The notes under the pieces are model-generated. The model did not search any database, was not told the DNA's origin, and saw only the letters and a list, made by a program, of their open reading frames with translations. Both the position numbers and the translations under genes were made by a program. This document shows, piece by piece, positions 36,701 through 51,208 of a stretch of 64,000 nucleotides of DNA. Positions within the stretch are counted from its first letter, which is position 1. Each line of letters opens with the position of its first letter. Source of the DNA: Glaucostegus cemiculus. Its lineage: Eukaryota. Location: positions 3,038,001-3,102,000 of the forward strand of contig CDPCPM010000281.1 in the NCBI GenBank assembly GCA_976551045.1, read 5' to 3'.

Positions 36701-39700
36701 GTAAGAAAGGGAATGAAGGGATGTAAGGGATAAATTTGTCAAGTGTTTGCGCTTAGGACTAGGGTTGGGCAGGGTTATTCCATTGGGCTGAGGAAAGGAA
36801 GGAAGTGGCTTAGACCACAAATCCTATGGTCTCAATACTTGTAACAAGTAGGTTCACTAGGGTGAGCTAAGGCCTGAGGAAGCAAAGGACCTGGGTTTAA
36901 GGAGAAAGCAACAGAGCAAGCATACTACCTTTGCATTCCAGGCCTATCCTTTTGAGTATTTCCCTTGGAAAAGGAGCTGTGGTGAGATCTATACTAGGGG
37001 AATGATTAAGGTATTGTTTTTAATGGGGACCAGGACATCAAAGGTAGTTCTGAGAGCGTGGTTGATAGTATAATAGTTGCAGACATGTTGTGGTGGATGG
37101 AGGACCAGATACTATATAGTTAGGATTTTGAAAGTGCAATTGAAAGTGAATTTACCCTGCACCATTCAGCCTGTCTTTAACTTGGCATTTGTGCACTACA
37201 TAGTGCAAGTCAGAAACATACTGGGGATCAGAAGTGATGGATCTGATTTCCCATTGCACTTTACACCTGGGGCCTCACCTTGGCAAGACCGCAAGCAGTG
37301 ACCCTACTCATTTGAATGGGGCCACCAATCTTCACTAAAGGTAACTATAAAGGTAAGATTAACTAGCTCTTTCTGTTTGTTTTCCTTATTTATGTTTTTA
37401 AATAATTCACATTAATGAGATTTTAACTAACTTTATAATTTTGAAGCTTCCTTTTTTTAATCCAGTTCAACAGTTTTTAAATGTTTATAAATATCAGAGG
37501 TATTTAAAAAAATGAAAAATGCCTTTGATAACATGGAACAGTCACAGGCTCTCAGGTAATCCAGAAGTGGGGGCTTCGATTCTGTTGCCTGATGCCAAGG
37601 CATTGCTCATAGTCTGCTCTGCCTCCCAGAACTGGAGACCTGTAGCGTGGCCCATCCACGGTGCCACAGCAGGTAAGTGCAGCTCTGGGATTAGGGCATG
37701 GGGCAAATGTTGGTGCTGGGTCAGACTGAGCACAAGACAGGCCATCATAGCTGCAGCATTACATCTACATGGATTGAGAAAATGCCTAATCCACATTCAA
37801 AGAACAAAAATCCTGGAATCTACTCATTAAAATAGACCATTAATTTATTTATTTGCCACAGAATTTCTGATTATAACAATAATGAAACTCTCTGCTTTTG
37901 CCATTATTCCTCAGAGGTGCAGACAACAACTTCTGGCATCTGCACATGTTACTCCTCCAAAGGGTGTCTCCACTCAGGCAACTGAAATAAGACGGATTTG
38001 TATAGCAACTTTCCTGCTACTAAAATGTTTTGGAGCCAGTTTTGAACTGTTAAAAGTCTGTCACATTAAATTACTATCTGAGTATTCCCTATGTTGGGTG
38101 ATGTTGCTTCTAACTTCTGGAATCTACATTGTTTTGTTTAATGGGTCACTATTTAAATATAAGTCATTGTTGATCCCCTGTCTATACTGAACTGGTGAAC
38201 TCAAATGAGGCAGTTGATAGAGGTAATTATTACCTCAAAATTGCCATTTGGAAAGAGTTACTGTAGGATAGCAAGTGACTGTGAAACTGTACTCAGGCAA
38301 TAATTCAATGGCTTTTGAGGAGGGTGGAAAAACGATCATAGACCCAGCCAATCCACCATAAAAAAAAATCAAGTCGAATTTTTTTTTTTGTAAAGAAATA
38401 ATTTTTCATCCAAACTGTGTTGGAAGTGATCCTCCTGTTTCCCCACCCAGTCTTATTACACAGTCACGTGGTCTGCTGAAAGGCATCAGCTAATGCTGCT
38501 CTTGAGGTACTTGTTAGGGGAATCCAAGAAAATGAACTGGATGAATTGTTCTCTAATCTTCCTTGTTTCGAAGTGTCTCCCAACTTACACCTTCCCTGGC
38601 AGCACTATTGGTATTAGGAACTCATTGTGTGGAGAAACGCAGGTACAAATCTAACAGTCCATGTTGAAACTCGGTGGTTTCTATTACAACATTGCAACAA
38701 CTGTTACAACAACAACTCTTTGTGGCTCAGGAACTTAATATGATGTGTAAAATATCGAAACACAAACAATGCTAAAATATATATTAAACATTTGATCCGT
38801 ATGCTATTGCCCGGCAATCAGGTGGAGGGTGAGAATACAGGACAAATGCAAACAAAATTATCTTTACAGCCACATATCAAATTGAGACCAGTCTGTCAAC
38901 ATGGATAGGCTGGACTTTTTAATAAGACTGGCAGACTCTGATTTAATGGATGGTAGATTTTGATGAGGGCGTCCTTTTTAAAATCTGATATCTCATTTGG
39001 CTGCTCACTAAAATTCAAGTTGGAAATTTTCTTCCTGAATATTTTGGTCATGTAAGGCAGGCTTAGAGCTCGACTTCTTTCTTTCTATTCCAGCCGCTCA
39101 CCCTGCAGTTTCAGGTCCCCACTCAGGGGAGTGGCAAGTCATAGAACAACATCAGGGAGCAATTGGTTTGTGGAGAGACATAGCAAACACTATCTTAGGC
39201 ACGTGTGACTTCTGTATTCTTCAGAAGGTGCAAACCACTTGTAGACATCTGGCCACAACTAGAAGAAATAAGTCAATATGTAACTGGAGAATCCAGGCAA
39301 CCAGCACCACTGAGGTGTTCTCCTCTTGTTCAATGTGTGTTCAGTCACGTGTGATGAAGAGAGGGGATTAGGAAGAATATTGAACTCTGACTGATGTCAT
39401 GATTTGTCGACTCTGTATAATTCCGTCACATGTGCTCAAAAGTCCTCACCATCATGACATCTGACCTGACTTGCCTCACAAATGCATCTGTGCATGATAC
39501 ATCTGCCATTTTGCTGATGAAATGGCACCCACATCACCCAAAAAACAGGTGCCACTGCATCAAATTTCACACCAATCACATTTTACAGATATGTTATCTG
39601 ACCAAGGTCCTGTCTGCTCACTAAGGTGGAAATAAAAGATTTCTATGCAATTGTGTAAAAGAAGAGCTGGGGATTATCCCTAGTGCTCTGGCCTATATTT

Positions 39701-42700
39701 GGCCATCAATCAATAGTGCAAAAGGTGATTATTTGGTATTTATGGTTAACAGTGTCCTGTCCATTTATGCCCAGCTGCTGAAAGAAAGTGAGGACAACTT
39801 TGAGGGGACAGGAAATGACTTTGCAGAACTTTTTTGCGGGGGACAAAGAACTCCATTGCATCCTCTCACATCCCAAAGATGAACCCCTCCTTCAGGTACC
39901 TGTCTACCTCCCCTACCCCTCCAGTACCTTGACCTCATGGGCTGGGAATTTGGGTCCTTCCCTGAGGATCAGGTGTCGGTGACCCCTGTTACTGGATAAT
40001 AACAACCCCCGCCCCCCCCCCACCAACTCCACCCACATGATGGGATGGACAATCATCTCGAATTATTTCTTTCTCCCACCCCACCCCACCGCACCCCAAG
40101 GGTTGTTGATCAGATCAACCTGGACCCATACCCTGCTCCTGAGTCCTCCCAGCTGACAGGAATGTGATGGACTTCTGGGTGAAGAATACACCAAGGTCCA
40201 AAGACACTTGGTGCTGAGTAAAACCTGCAGCCTGGGATTCCCATCCAAATCTATTGGTCTCACCTTCTTACTTATCAGGATCTGCCTAGCTTAGACACAT
40301 TAGGAAATAAAATGGAAAATATACTGAATAATAGTTCAGATTTTTAGCAGATGAAGCTTTTACATTTAACCTTTGCACATCTTGTCCCATTCTGTGCTTT
40401 ATTAACTCCCTCCTGCTTACCGTGCCCATATTAATATCGAAAGCAGGGAATCTAGAGATGGGCTGTCATCTGTGGCTTGAAGAATGGGTTTATAACTCTA
40501 CTTGTTGGAGTTTGCACTCCCCCTTTTTTCAGTATTAATGTAGGTAGATTGTTAGTGCAGAAGGGGCAGTATATCTGATGCCTATATATAATATGCTTCA
40601 TTGGTTTCTGGCTGGGGCACTGTGTGCAGTATTCTGCTAGGGAACCTGAGGCCACGTTTACATAAGATCACCTTCTATAATCTCACCGATAAAGAAAACT
40701 TTACTACTAAAAGCTGCAGCCATCACAGTTGGAGAATAGTGGAGAGACATTCAGCTACAAAACAAAAAGAGAAAAAAAAAAGTCTAGAGTAAGTTTTTCT
40801 TTCTCCTATTTTTGCAATTGTTCTCGCTTTCAACAGAAATAATCACGCTGTTTGACACAATCCCACAAGCCAATCAGTGTATAAGGAGCTTGGGGAGAAG
40901 GAGACACTATAAACAATGAATGAAATCAGTCAGCTTGAAAGTAACTGCTTTATCACAGAGCACCAGACCAGCCTATTAAGTGAACCAGATGATTAAACAA
41001 GGCTTCTGGATTAATAAGGTATAGCATACCCAGAAAATAACAAAATGTATGCTAAAAAATAATGTCAGATTGTCAAGGATGGTGGATTATGGAAGGTCAA
41101 AACAACCCAAGTGTAATGGGTATCAAACCTGGTGTTAGATGTCTGCTAGTCACAGCAGTACAACCTGACCATTTCATAGTTTATCTTCCTATTCCTCGTC
41201 AGATGCTGCTCCAAACCTTGGACAGTTCCTTCTGGCTTTCTCCTGACCAGTGGGTTCTGAAAGCAGGTCACTCTAGACCTTAACACAACCCGAACAGCAT
41301 TTGTAAACAAAGAGTGACAGCTTTATTTGTAATTATGCTGTCTTTAAAGGGACAAGATGGGCTTAATGAGTTAATAAAGTGGCTGTCAGTCAAAGCAGTC
41401 GATTTGCATATTAGAACTCAGAACACTCAGACATGCAGATGATTCGGCAGAGTTTCAGCTCATGAATATTCCTAACTTGTCGTGGGGTAAAGCATGCTTG
41501 CCATAGCAACCGTTCTGCAGGTAGCATTGGTCCAGCTGCCCCTGGGGTCCCAGAAGGCTTGTAAGAAGTGAAGACTTGTGAGAGCAAGCATTTTGTCTCG
41601 GTACACTTGACAAAACAAAGACAACTCACTCTTTGGTTTCATGCCACATTTTTTATTCATAAACAAGCTGTTGGCTGTAAAGACATGATAAAGCACAGAC
41701 TGGGGCGAGACGTGCAAAGATTAAACGTAAAGCCTCATCTGCTAAAAATCCGATCTATTATTCAGTATATTTTCCATTTTTTTTTCTAATGTGTCTAAAC
41801 TAGGCAGAGCCTGACAAGTGATCTGTTGGAGTAGGAGGCTGATTGATGCAAAAAAAGCCGTTAACATAGAAAAAAATGAATGAAGTGTGGGAGAAAACAG
41901 GCTGACTGAAGTTGTCACTTCCGTTTTGCTCAGATAAGATTCTGTAGTCGTGTCAGTGTAATGTGTATTGAGAAGAATGTTTCAGTAAATATTGTACCTG
42001 CAGTGACATGAAAATAAATTGCAAGGTAAAGCTGCCCTGTTCAAAATTTATGTTAGCTCCTAGATCCTAGGACTGGCTTTGCTCTTGAGTTATACTTTGC
42101 TCATTTGGCTGAAGACATCATCTGTAGCCGTGCCAATATTTTACCCCGGGAGAGAGATGGAATAGATCCAAATCCCCACGCCATCTCCTATTCTCCCGCT
42201 GTCTATTTTGGCTAAGTACAGGTTTCTGGCTTTGTGATTCAATCAATGCAAGTCCAAATGTGTACAAGGAGAGCATAATTTTAATCTGTATTGACTGTTC
42301 ACCTCTTTGTATGCCAATTTACATCACAGACTATCTTCAACAAAATAGGCAATAATGCATTTCAGTTAAGTTCTCTCACATTAATCTATATATCATTATG
42401 GTTTTTTAAAAGCAACCTACAATGGATCTATATTATATATTAAATGAATAATGTTCTTTTTTGTTATAATTGAATTGAAAGAATTTAACTACCTCCTTAT
42501 ACCCAATGTACATAATATTCCACAATTTCTATTCAAATTTGGTCACAAAACCCAAATGAAATTACACTTAGGAAGATCATAACAACACAAGAATGCTGTA
42601 CATCATGAAGGACTGAAAATCCAAGCTTTTGTCTGCAATAATTTTAAGAAATAATATTTAAAACATGTCATATATTATTAGATATTTCAGCAGAATATCA

Positions 42701-43699
42701 AATTTAAGCTCCATAAAAATTAAGGAGCCTGCTCAATTGTAATATTATAATGGCTGGCACATGTGACTCTTTCATTTAACAATTCAAGGGTGCCGGCCTT
42801 TACAGTGCATCAGCTAAATTTGGGGATCACCTGAGCAAAAATGTGAAAGTGGAAGCATCTGGCTGCAAGGTATTTCTACTACTATCACAGAAAGCGGTAA
42901 AATACAGAGGTACAGAAGCTTTTGGTGGAAATTGTTCCAAATGGTACTGTGTATGTGCAGAATATGTAAAACTGTGCAGCAAGAGCCATTCCCTTAAAGG
43001 GATAGTGGTACCAAACACAGAACGCTCTAACTTTCATGTTAGCAGAATAAGTCCATCCATGTTTGTTTCAAATGGACTTGAGGATGGAAGATATTTGTTA
43101 CAGGGTCACTGTTAACAGTTGAGGTGCTGGACAAGATCCATGTGGAACTAAAGCCCATTGAAGGCAGCCTTTTATTTGGCTGAGCCACGGAGAGAGATTA
43201 GTAATGAAGGCTGTGTTATAGCTGTGCTGTACTCCTCTTTAGGTGCAGACCTAATTGAGTTTCTATGAACTAATGGAAAGAGATGGGGTAAGAGACGAAA
43301 GAAACTTAAATTAAATGGAATAAGTACACCATGAAGATTTGGCATTGTTGTTTTAATTTAGATTTACCATTCGTCATTCAAACAAAAGCAGTGCTTATCT
43401 GCACTTGGCAGTGAAAAATTAGTTGATGTATATGAATTTGCTGACAAAAAAAAATATTTAAAGTAGTTAAACCCCCACTGGAGAGTAAGATAACCATTTA
43501 CGCTATATAAAGCAAAGAATAGCGGTATTTTACAGAATAGTTTTCCTAGACATAGATACATGACACAATGATGAAACAGGCCATTCAGCCCAATTAATCT
43601 ATGCCTGAGTTTACAATGAAAGTAAATAGTTCAAATCACATTTATACATGTTGTTTCCTTATTCTTTTTATCTTTTTTCTTTGAATGAAAATTAAAAAT

Positions 43700-43962
43700 A
43701 ATCATGGATACTGGAAATCTGAAATAAGAACAGAACATGCTCGAAACACTCAGCAGGTTAGGTAGCATCCGTTGAAAGAGAAGCAGGGTTAATGGTTCAG
43801 GTTGAAGACCCTTTGTTGAAGGTCCAAATCCCAATGAAGGGTCTCAGCCCAAAACATCGACTGTTTATTTCCCTCCATAGGTGCTGCCTGACCTGCTGAG
43901 TTCCTCCAGCATTTTGTGTGTGTTGCTCCAGATTCCAGCATCTGCAGAATCTCGTGTCTCTG
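43700..43962. mobile_element. Penelope-type inverted-repeat element with a decayed hammerhead motif
   Basis: A diverged left arm and a well-preserved right arm flank ccaatgaagggtctcagcccaaaacatcgactg. Confidence 0.75.
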
Positions 43963-44252
43963 AATACCGTCTGTGGAGTCTTCGTTCCATGGAGATATTG
44001 TCCAGCAGTAGTGATCCCACCACAAAGTAATTTCTATCTTTATATCAATTTGAAACAAATATGGTTGGATTTAATCTGGCAAAGTGGAATTTGACCACTT
44101 TAGTGTATTTTGATCCTCTTTCCACAGATGCTGTTTGATCTGTTGAGTGTTTCCACCTTATTTCTTTGTCTATCTATTTAATTTGATCTTGAAGGTTGAC
44201 TGTATCTGCCTCACCTATTAATTCAGGAAATTAATTTCACAGTTTTACAGCA

Positions 44253-44450
44253 AAATCAGAATCAGATTTATTATCACTGACCTACATGATGTCAAATTTG
44301 TTGTTTTGGGGCAGCAGTACAATGCACAGATATAAAATTATTACAAATTACAAAAAAAAAGAATAACAAGGCAATAGATCATTCAGAAATCTGATGGCAG
44401 AGAGGAAGAAGCTATTTCTGAATCATTGAGTGTGGGTCTTCAGGCCTTCT
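44253..44450 (-). mobile_element. Rex1/Babar-like LINE 3' end
   Basis: Reverse complement of the tail at 48040-48198 (aatcagaatcagatttattatcactgac..aaatttgttgttttg..gcagtacaatgca). Confidence 0.75.
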
Positions 44451-45154
44451 CCTTGCTGATGCAAAGATGTAAAGATGGTTTCTATATTCTTTTTTATAAA
44501 TTTCTGATCATTAATCTTTTTGATGTGATGCCCTGTTCTAGAACAACCAAGGTTGTTTCTTTTCATCCGTTCCTTCATTCTATAATTCTAAAGGCTTCTA
44601 TCTATTGCTTTGTAATCTGTGTTGAAGTATTGAAATAATGCACAATTATTCTTGATTTTATGTTTGCAGTTTATACAAGACATCATCCGTGGAAATCTGC
44701 ATTGTATGCTTTTAAAGTTCTGATCTTTTTTCCAAAACTATGAAGCCTAACATTAAAAATTTTAAACGTAGAACTCGAACCTGAAATGCTTTTGTATTTG
44801 ATGAACCTGCAACCCAAACTTTTCTGCTATTCAGTCTGAGCATGATTTTCTTCCTAATAGGATAAGTCACCTAATAGTTAGTAGGAAATGGGTCATTTTT
44901 GGGGTGGTAGGTTGGGGCAGTGTTATATTATGAGAAGCATCGAGTATCATTGGAATGATTTCTCAGTGATGGGGGAGAAATGTCCATGCCCTTGATTATG
45001 CTGTCATCAGTCGGAGCATGTGGTGTAGCATTCACCATCATTCTCCTAACAATGTTTGGAGAGGCGCAGTAGAACATGGAAATCGTTAACTTGTCAAATT
45101 TATGAAGAAATCCTGAAGAAATGTTACTGCTGTCTTTACCAGGGCAATCAAAAT

Positions 45155-45495
45155 AAAGATTTGCATTTATACAGCACCTTTCATATCCCTTTCAAGATAC
45201 TCCAAGGTGTTTTGCAGTCCATAAAATAGATTGTAACTGTAGTAACTATAGGAAATTCAGCACAATTTGTGCACACCAAACTCCCACAGACAACACCACA
45301 TTAATGACTAGCTGCCCTGCTCTGGACAAAATGTTTGATGGATAAATATTGGCCAGAATGCTGGGGTCCTCACCCCTCCTATTCTTCAAGGATCTTCTAT
45401 ATCCACCTTCAAGAGCAAAGAGAACCTCAACTTAACATATCATATGAAAAATGGGATCATCCAACAGTGTAGAACTCCCGAGGTACTGCACTGTA
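45155..45495 (-). mobile_element. Deu-type SINE remnant
   Basis: ttgcatttatacagcacctttca..aatttgtgcacaccaaactcccaca..gataaatattggccag..ccaacagtgtagaactcc..gtactgcactg. Confidence 0.65.
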
Positions 45496-47479
45496 ATGGC
45501 CCCCACAGGAGGGACTGGGGTAGCAGGTTTTGAAGGACAACATTATTTTACAGAGGATAATTTTGGCTTCTGTTGCTCAGTGATGTTGGATGGTCTAGGT
45601 TGGGGGAAATCAACAGAACCTTTTCCTGATAGCGGCACTGGAAAGAACTGTGAACATCATACAAATAGAGATATTTTGGAGAGGGGATACCCTTTTGTTC
45701 GAAGCTCAATTTAACGATTCATTTGGTAGGAAGGCAAGGTAACGTTTTGGCGCTCAACTTACAGGAGAGGGAACAATAGTTTTGTTGATTAGTGAGGTTA
45801 AGGGGGAGTTTCTGCTTAACGGAAGAAAATGCCAAACACCACGTGCCTCTACCCTCACTTCTCCCCATCTGCTTCTCAGTGCAATTGCACTAATTTTACT
45901 GTTCATTAGCAAGGTTGGAATATCAGCTTGCAATGGTCTGTGTCTGCGTGTATATGTGTGAAGCTGCCAGTATATGGCACTTCATTCATCAGTTAAGGGA
46001 AAAGAGCATGAATCTTTTTTCTATTGCCAGTACTTGATTCACACTCCGCTCTGCTTTCTTTTTATTATTCCATTTTGACGCTTTTGTTAAAAATGAAACC
46101 CTATAGTTAAAAATAAAGTTCATTTCTGGTTTAGGGAAAGAAGGGAAATTCTTCAAAACTTGAATAGTTTAAGGCTTGTGTATATATCAGGCCTGAGAGA
46201 GGATTCAAAGCACACAGAACGGCACAGATTTAGACCATCATGTCTGCACCTGGCTGCTCTGTCAATGTACAGGCTTCTGTCCCCATATGCAAAGCAGGGT
46301 CCAGAACTGTGCCCGGCTTTTGCCTGGTAAACTTGATTTATTGTCAGTCTTTGGGGTGGGTGTCAAATGCTGTTCAACAGATGGTCCTTCTGGTGCCTGG
46401 GTGACAGACTCATCTGCTGATTTGTGTGGCCACTAATTTTTTCAAATTTATTTTCCTTTTCCCCTATCCTGACTCATTTCTTCTGTTTATATCTTCATTC
46501 CACCCCCAGCCTTCGTCTGCAAACCAGGAGCAGCAGATCAAGCCCTGTTTTTGCATTCAACGAGGGATCAGATAAATGCGAGCCAGCTTGCTCTGATAAG
46601 GCCTTGCTCTGGGCATTGCCTCTTTCTGAAAGACGTTTACTATGCATAGAGTCAGGCTATCTGAGTTGCTGCACCTTGACATGAATTTATCTGCACCAGA
46701 GACGAGAGAATCCTGCAGAAATTATTGAAGTGGGATTTGATCTTGGGAGGCAACCGTGTCAATTTTCCACCATTTTTTTTCTAAGGGCTTCTGGGACTGC
46801 AGTCATTTTGCACATTTTTATTAAAATTATTTGTGTGGGTTTATTCTATAATCAGAATTTAAAAATAAAACTCTGAAACGACTTGCAAAGGTGTAAACTT
46901 AATTAAACTGATTGCTTTAAGAGCAGCATGCCTAAGTATTTATCTTCTGAAAATCATACATTGACTTTAAAGCAATTTTAACCCTTTTGCTCTCCAGGAA
47001 TGATTATAATGAAACTCAGTGCAGGACCAAAGCTGTTTTGTGGTTATCTCTCCACTCTGTTCTCATTGAGGAAAGATAGACAATTTCTTTTTAAGATTTT
47101 GTGAGAATTTTAAAAGTGGCATTTTTTGATGGTGTTCCTGTCTCATGTGTGCGTCTCACAATTTGAACATCTAATCTCATCCAAGCTATCTGGAAACTGC
47201 AGATGAGATGCTTTGCCTAAATCAATGATGTGAGGGGAGCAACTATCTGTTTCTCTCTGCATCCTTGGTTGAGTCATGCAGTTCATAATTCCCATAATCA
47301 GATATCACAGAGTGTAGGGAATGGGCTTGTTGTTCCTAATGTACATCTACTTTTTATTTTTTTATTCATTCAGCAGGCATGGATATTACTAGAAGGAGCA
47401 ACAAGCATTGTCCATTCCAATCACCGCTGAACTGAATGGTCCATTTCAGAGGGCAGTTAAGAGTCAACCACATTGATGT

Positions 47480-48198
47480 GGGTCTGAACGTCAGCAAGGC
47501 CAAGGAACTGATTGCAGATTTCAGGAAGGCGCAGTTGGGAGAACACGCACCAGTCCTCATTGAGGAGTCAGCAGTGGAAAGGGTGAGCAGCTTCAAGCTT
47601 CTAGGCATCAACGTCTCAGAGGCTCCATCCTGGGCCGAAAACATTGATGCGATCATGAAGGAGGCATGCCAGTGGCCACTTCGTTAGGAGTTTGAGGAGA
47701 TTTGGTACATCACCAAAGATTCTTACAAATTTCTATAGATGTATGGTGGAGAGCATCACAGCCTGGCATAGAGCCTTCAATGCACAGGATTACAAGAGGC
47801 TGCAGAGGGTTAAAGACTCAGCCAACTCCATCAGGGGCACAACCTCCCCATCTCTGAGGACCCTTTCAAGAGGCAGTGCCTCAAGAAGGTGGCATCTATC
47901 ATTAAGGACCCTCACTATCTGGGACATGCCCTCTTCTCGTTACCATTGAGAAGGAACTACAGGAGCCTGAAGACCCACACGCAGTGATTCAGGAACAGCT
48001 TCTCCCACTCCATCATCAGATTTCTAAATGATACATGAACCCATGAACACTACTTAATTATTTCTTTTGTTGCACTACTTATTTTTGTAAATAATTGATT
48101 CTTATGTCTTTACACTGTACTGCTAACACAAAACAACAAATTTCATGTTATATGTCAATGATAATAAATCTAATTCTGATTCTAATTCTGATTCTGAT
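47480..48198 (+). mobile_element. Rex1/Babar-like LINE, 5'-truncated (C-terminal ORF remnant, 3' UTR and (TTCTGA)n-type tail)
   Basis: ORF pieces LNVSKAKELIADFRK..VERVSSFKLLGINVS..SWAENID and ILTNFYRCMVESI..KRLQRV match the post-RT region of this clade. Frameshifted. Confidence 0.85.
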
Positions 48199-50231
48199 TT
48201 TGCATTCTAATACAGGCCAGACAGGAAAAGGACATAGGGAACTTAGTGACACGTTATGATAATTCAATAGTTTCGGAGGCTGAACTGTCACTTTAATTCA
48301 AATTTATTTAATTAACTGAGGTTAAATCTCACAGCTGCCACTGTTGTGGGATCAAACTCTGGTCTCTGAATCAACAAGCAGATAACATGGGAAAATCAAA
48401 ATTCTTGCTACTTCCTTGGAATCACTCAAATCACCCAATCACAGAGCAGGATTGTCAGAGGATGGCACTAACTTTCACCTATGAGAGGGCTCACAGAAGA
48501 ACAGAGCAAAACATTTAACTTCAAAGAATTACTTGGACTTGTTATATTATTGAAAGAATGAATTGGGATCCAAATTTTTATAGACACAAATGTAATATTT
48601 GTACCTAAAGACTGCACAATTCACTTGCACATTATGTTCTGTGTAGAAAACACTCTTGGTTGCACATGGCATGTGGTCCTAAAAGTAAACACAATGTAAG
48701 CCACAGATTTAGGTCTTGAAGTATAATTAAAAAATAGTTTTTTGGACACAAGAAGAAGTAACAAAGTAGTAGTTGTCTGATGAGTAAAATTCTGTACCAT
48801 ATGCCGAATGCTGAATTTAATTCTTGAAAAGAAATTGACACCAGCTTGCAGTGATCGTGAAGAGTGTGAAAGATGGCTGCAGTAGCTACACAGATCCAAC
48901 CCACAGAGAACTAATAGGCTGATGATGTTGTGGAGGTATTCAGAAACTTTAAGTGAGATTATAAACTGACATTCAACAGTTTTCTGAAAGGCATGTTGAA
49001 GAGAGGATTTGCTACATTCTTTTGAGGATGGGAGAAAAAAGATTTGGTCTCTTCAAAAGACAGGGAATAAGTGAGTCATATGGTAAAAATCCCAACAAGA
49101 TCTTTGAAAAATTCAATACAAGTCTGGAGCTGAAAATGCATGATCAGATCTAGAGATATGAGTTGCAGACTGGAGTAGGAACTGTGTGAACTGATCAATG
49201 ATTTCTCAACAAGGCAAATTCAAGCAAATGGACATGAGGTTAATGAGCCATTTCATTTAGGGCTCATGCCCAGGTACACAGAAAGCTTTCATTGGTAAGG
49301 AGGAGCTCACTATAGCAGAGGCTTTGTACATTGCCACAATACAGTAGATGAAAGTGCTGGCCAATCAAACAGACATCCTTTACTTCAGTTCTGGGGGGAC
49401 GGAAGCAGGATTGATGCAGCTGGACCACAGAGTCAAAAGAATGAAAACTAGATAAACAGAAGACAATGCAGGTGCAGTGGATGATCACCGGTTCACAGAC
49501 GGATAGGGATCGAGCTACAGATCATGCCGCAAACTCAACCTCTGGGAGAAGATGTGCAAATCAGTAGTCAAAATATACAGAGGAAATATCTAGGGAAGAG
49601 TAAAAGGACCAATGGAAACAAAACAACATCAGAATATTCAAACAATGGAAGATAACAGAGGGTTTGTGTGCACGTTAGTTATTGGACCCCGACAACTGCA
49701 TAAAATAACTGGATGTGGCATTTCTCAGGGAACTAAGATCTACCCTTCCATTCAGATTAAAACAGTGTGAGAAACAACCATCATCCCTTTACTAACACTG
49801 GAGTGGGAGTCCAAAGTGACATTATTCCACTCAGGTTATAACAAAAGATCTTTCCGTAAAACCTGAAAGAAGGTGGGTAGCAAAGGAGAACCACCATTCT
49901 TTGAGATTTTCCATTTATTTTCCTTAAATACCTGTGATTTCATGTTTTAAAAAAAACATGCTACATTTCTTAATATTAACATGAAATTGCTATCCCAGTT
50001 ATTGAGTGGAAGAAAGTATAAGACCACTTTGGTAAGCAAAATATATCCTCTGCAAGACCAAGAAGAGGAAAGACGGAACTGAAAGATGCCTAAGCAAAAG
50101 GAAGCCAGTACAGCAACAACTGTGCTAAATGATTACCTGAAAATCTTAAAACAGCAAATACTGGAAAAGTGAAGTAAAACCAGAAAATGTTGGGAATGCT
50201 CAGCCGGTCAGGCACAAGAGAGAAAACATCT

Positions 50232-50605
50232 AGAGAAACAAAGGACTGCAGATGCTGGAATCTAGATGAAAACCACTCTGATGCTGGAGGAACTCAGCAA
50301 GCCAGGCAGCATCCGTGGAGAAAAGCAGGCAGGCAGTCAACGTTTTGGGTCAGGACCCTTCTTCAGGACTGAAGATAGGGAAAGGGGAAGCCCAATATAG
50401 AAGAGGGAAAAGCAGAGCAGTGATAGGTGGACAAAAGAGGGGAGGTGGGGTGATAGGTGGGGTGATAGGTAGATGCAGGTAAGAGGTAGTGATAGGCAGG
50501 TGCGGGGGAGGAGGGGAGAGCAGATCCATTGGGGAATGGGTCAAAGGTAAGGAGGATAAAAGGGGGGGGGAGGTAGAAAAAAGAGAGATAGGCTAGGAAA
50601 GGGTA
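50232..50605 (-). mobile_element. Penelope-type element end with hammerhead-like motif and adjacent purine-rich body
   Basis: Family arm at 50232-50340. Minus strand 50371->50334 reads CAGTC-CTGAAGA-A-GGGTCCTGACCC-AAAACGTT-GACTG. gtgatagg repeats follow on the + strand. Confidence 0.75.
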
Positions 50606-50804
50606 GAAAACATCTAAATTATGGTGCATGTGTTGAGTTTTATTATCCCTTGTGGAGGATGAAATATACACCTGGTTCTGCCCTCCTGCACGACACCCTC
50701 ACCGTCAGTTACTGAGAGGCTTAACAGCCATTCCCATTAAATAATTAGGATCCATTATCAGTCTAAAATTAACCTTTTGCTTCAGGTATTCATCTTTGAA
50801 ACAG

Positions 50805-50905
50805 GAACAGCAAACAAGATGCTGAAGGAACTCAACGGGCCAGGCAGCATCTGTGGAGGGAAATGGAGAGGTGACGTTTTGAGTTGAGCCCTTTCATCTG
50901 GACTG
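50805..50905 (-). mobile_element. Penelope-type single arm
   Basis: gatgctgaaggaactcaacgggccaggcagcatctgtggagggaaatgg..gacgttttgagttgagccctttcatctggactg. Confidence 0.7.
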
Positions 50906-51002
50906 CAGAGACTTCATATGCAGACTCATCTCTCCATCTTTGGATCAGCTTTGCTTCACTGAATGAGAGCCCCCTTTCATCTGCTTTTGTTGGGGAAATA
51001 TA

Positions 51003-51208
51003 AGATATCTTTATTAGTCACATGCACTCGAAACACACGGTGAAATGCATCTTTTCTGTAGAGTGTTCTGGGGGCAGTCCACAATTGTTGCCATGCTTCT
51101 GGCACCAGCGTAGCATGCCCACAACTTCCTACAGACAACGGCAGAATTAAACCCGGGTCACTGGTGCTGTAATAGCGTTATGCTAACTACTACACTACCG
51201 TGCCTGCC
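51003..51208 (-). mobile_element. tRNA-derived SINE, internally deleted
   Basis: The minus strand begins GGCAGGCACGGTAGTGTAGTAGTTAGC (A-box-like), has GACCCGGGTTTAATTC (B-box-like) and ends near AATAAAGATATCT. Confidence 0.7.

Noticed and set aside
27000-50000. Numerous 60-100 aa ORFs in the gene desert
   Set aside because: They are the length expected by chance, often start at non-ATG codons, and form no splice-consistent chain. Those with recognisable motifs are retroelement remnants.
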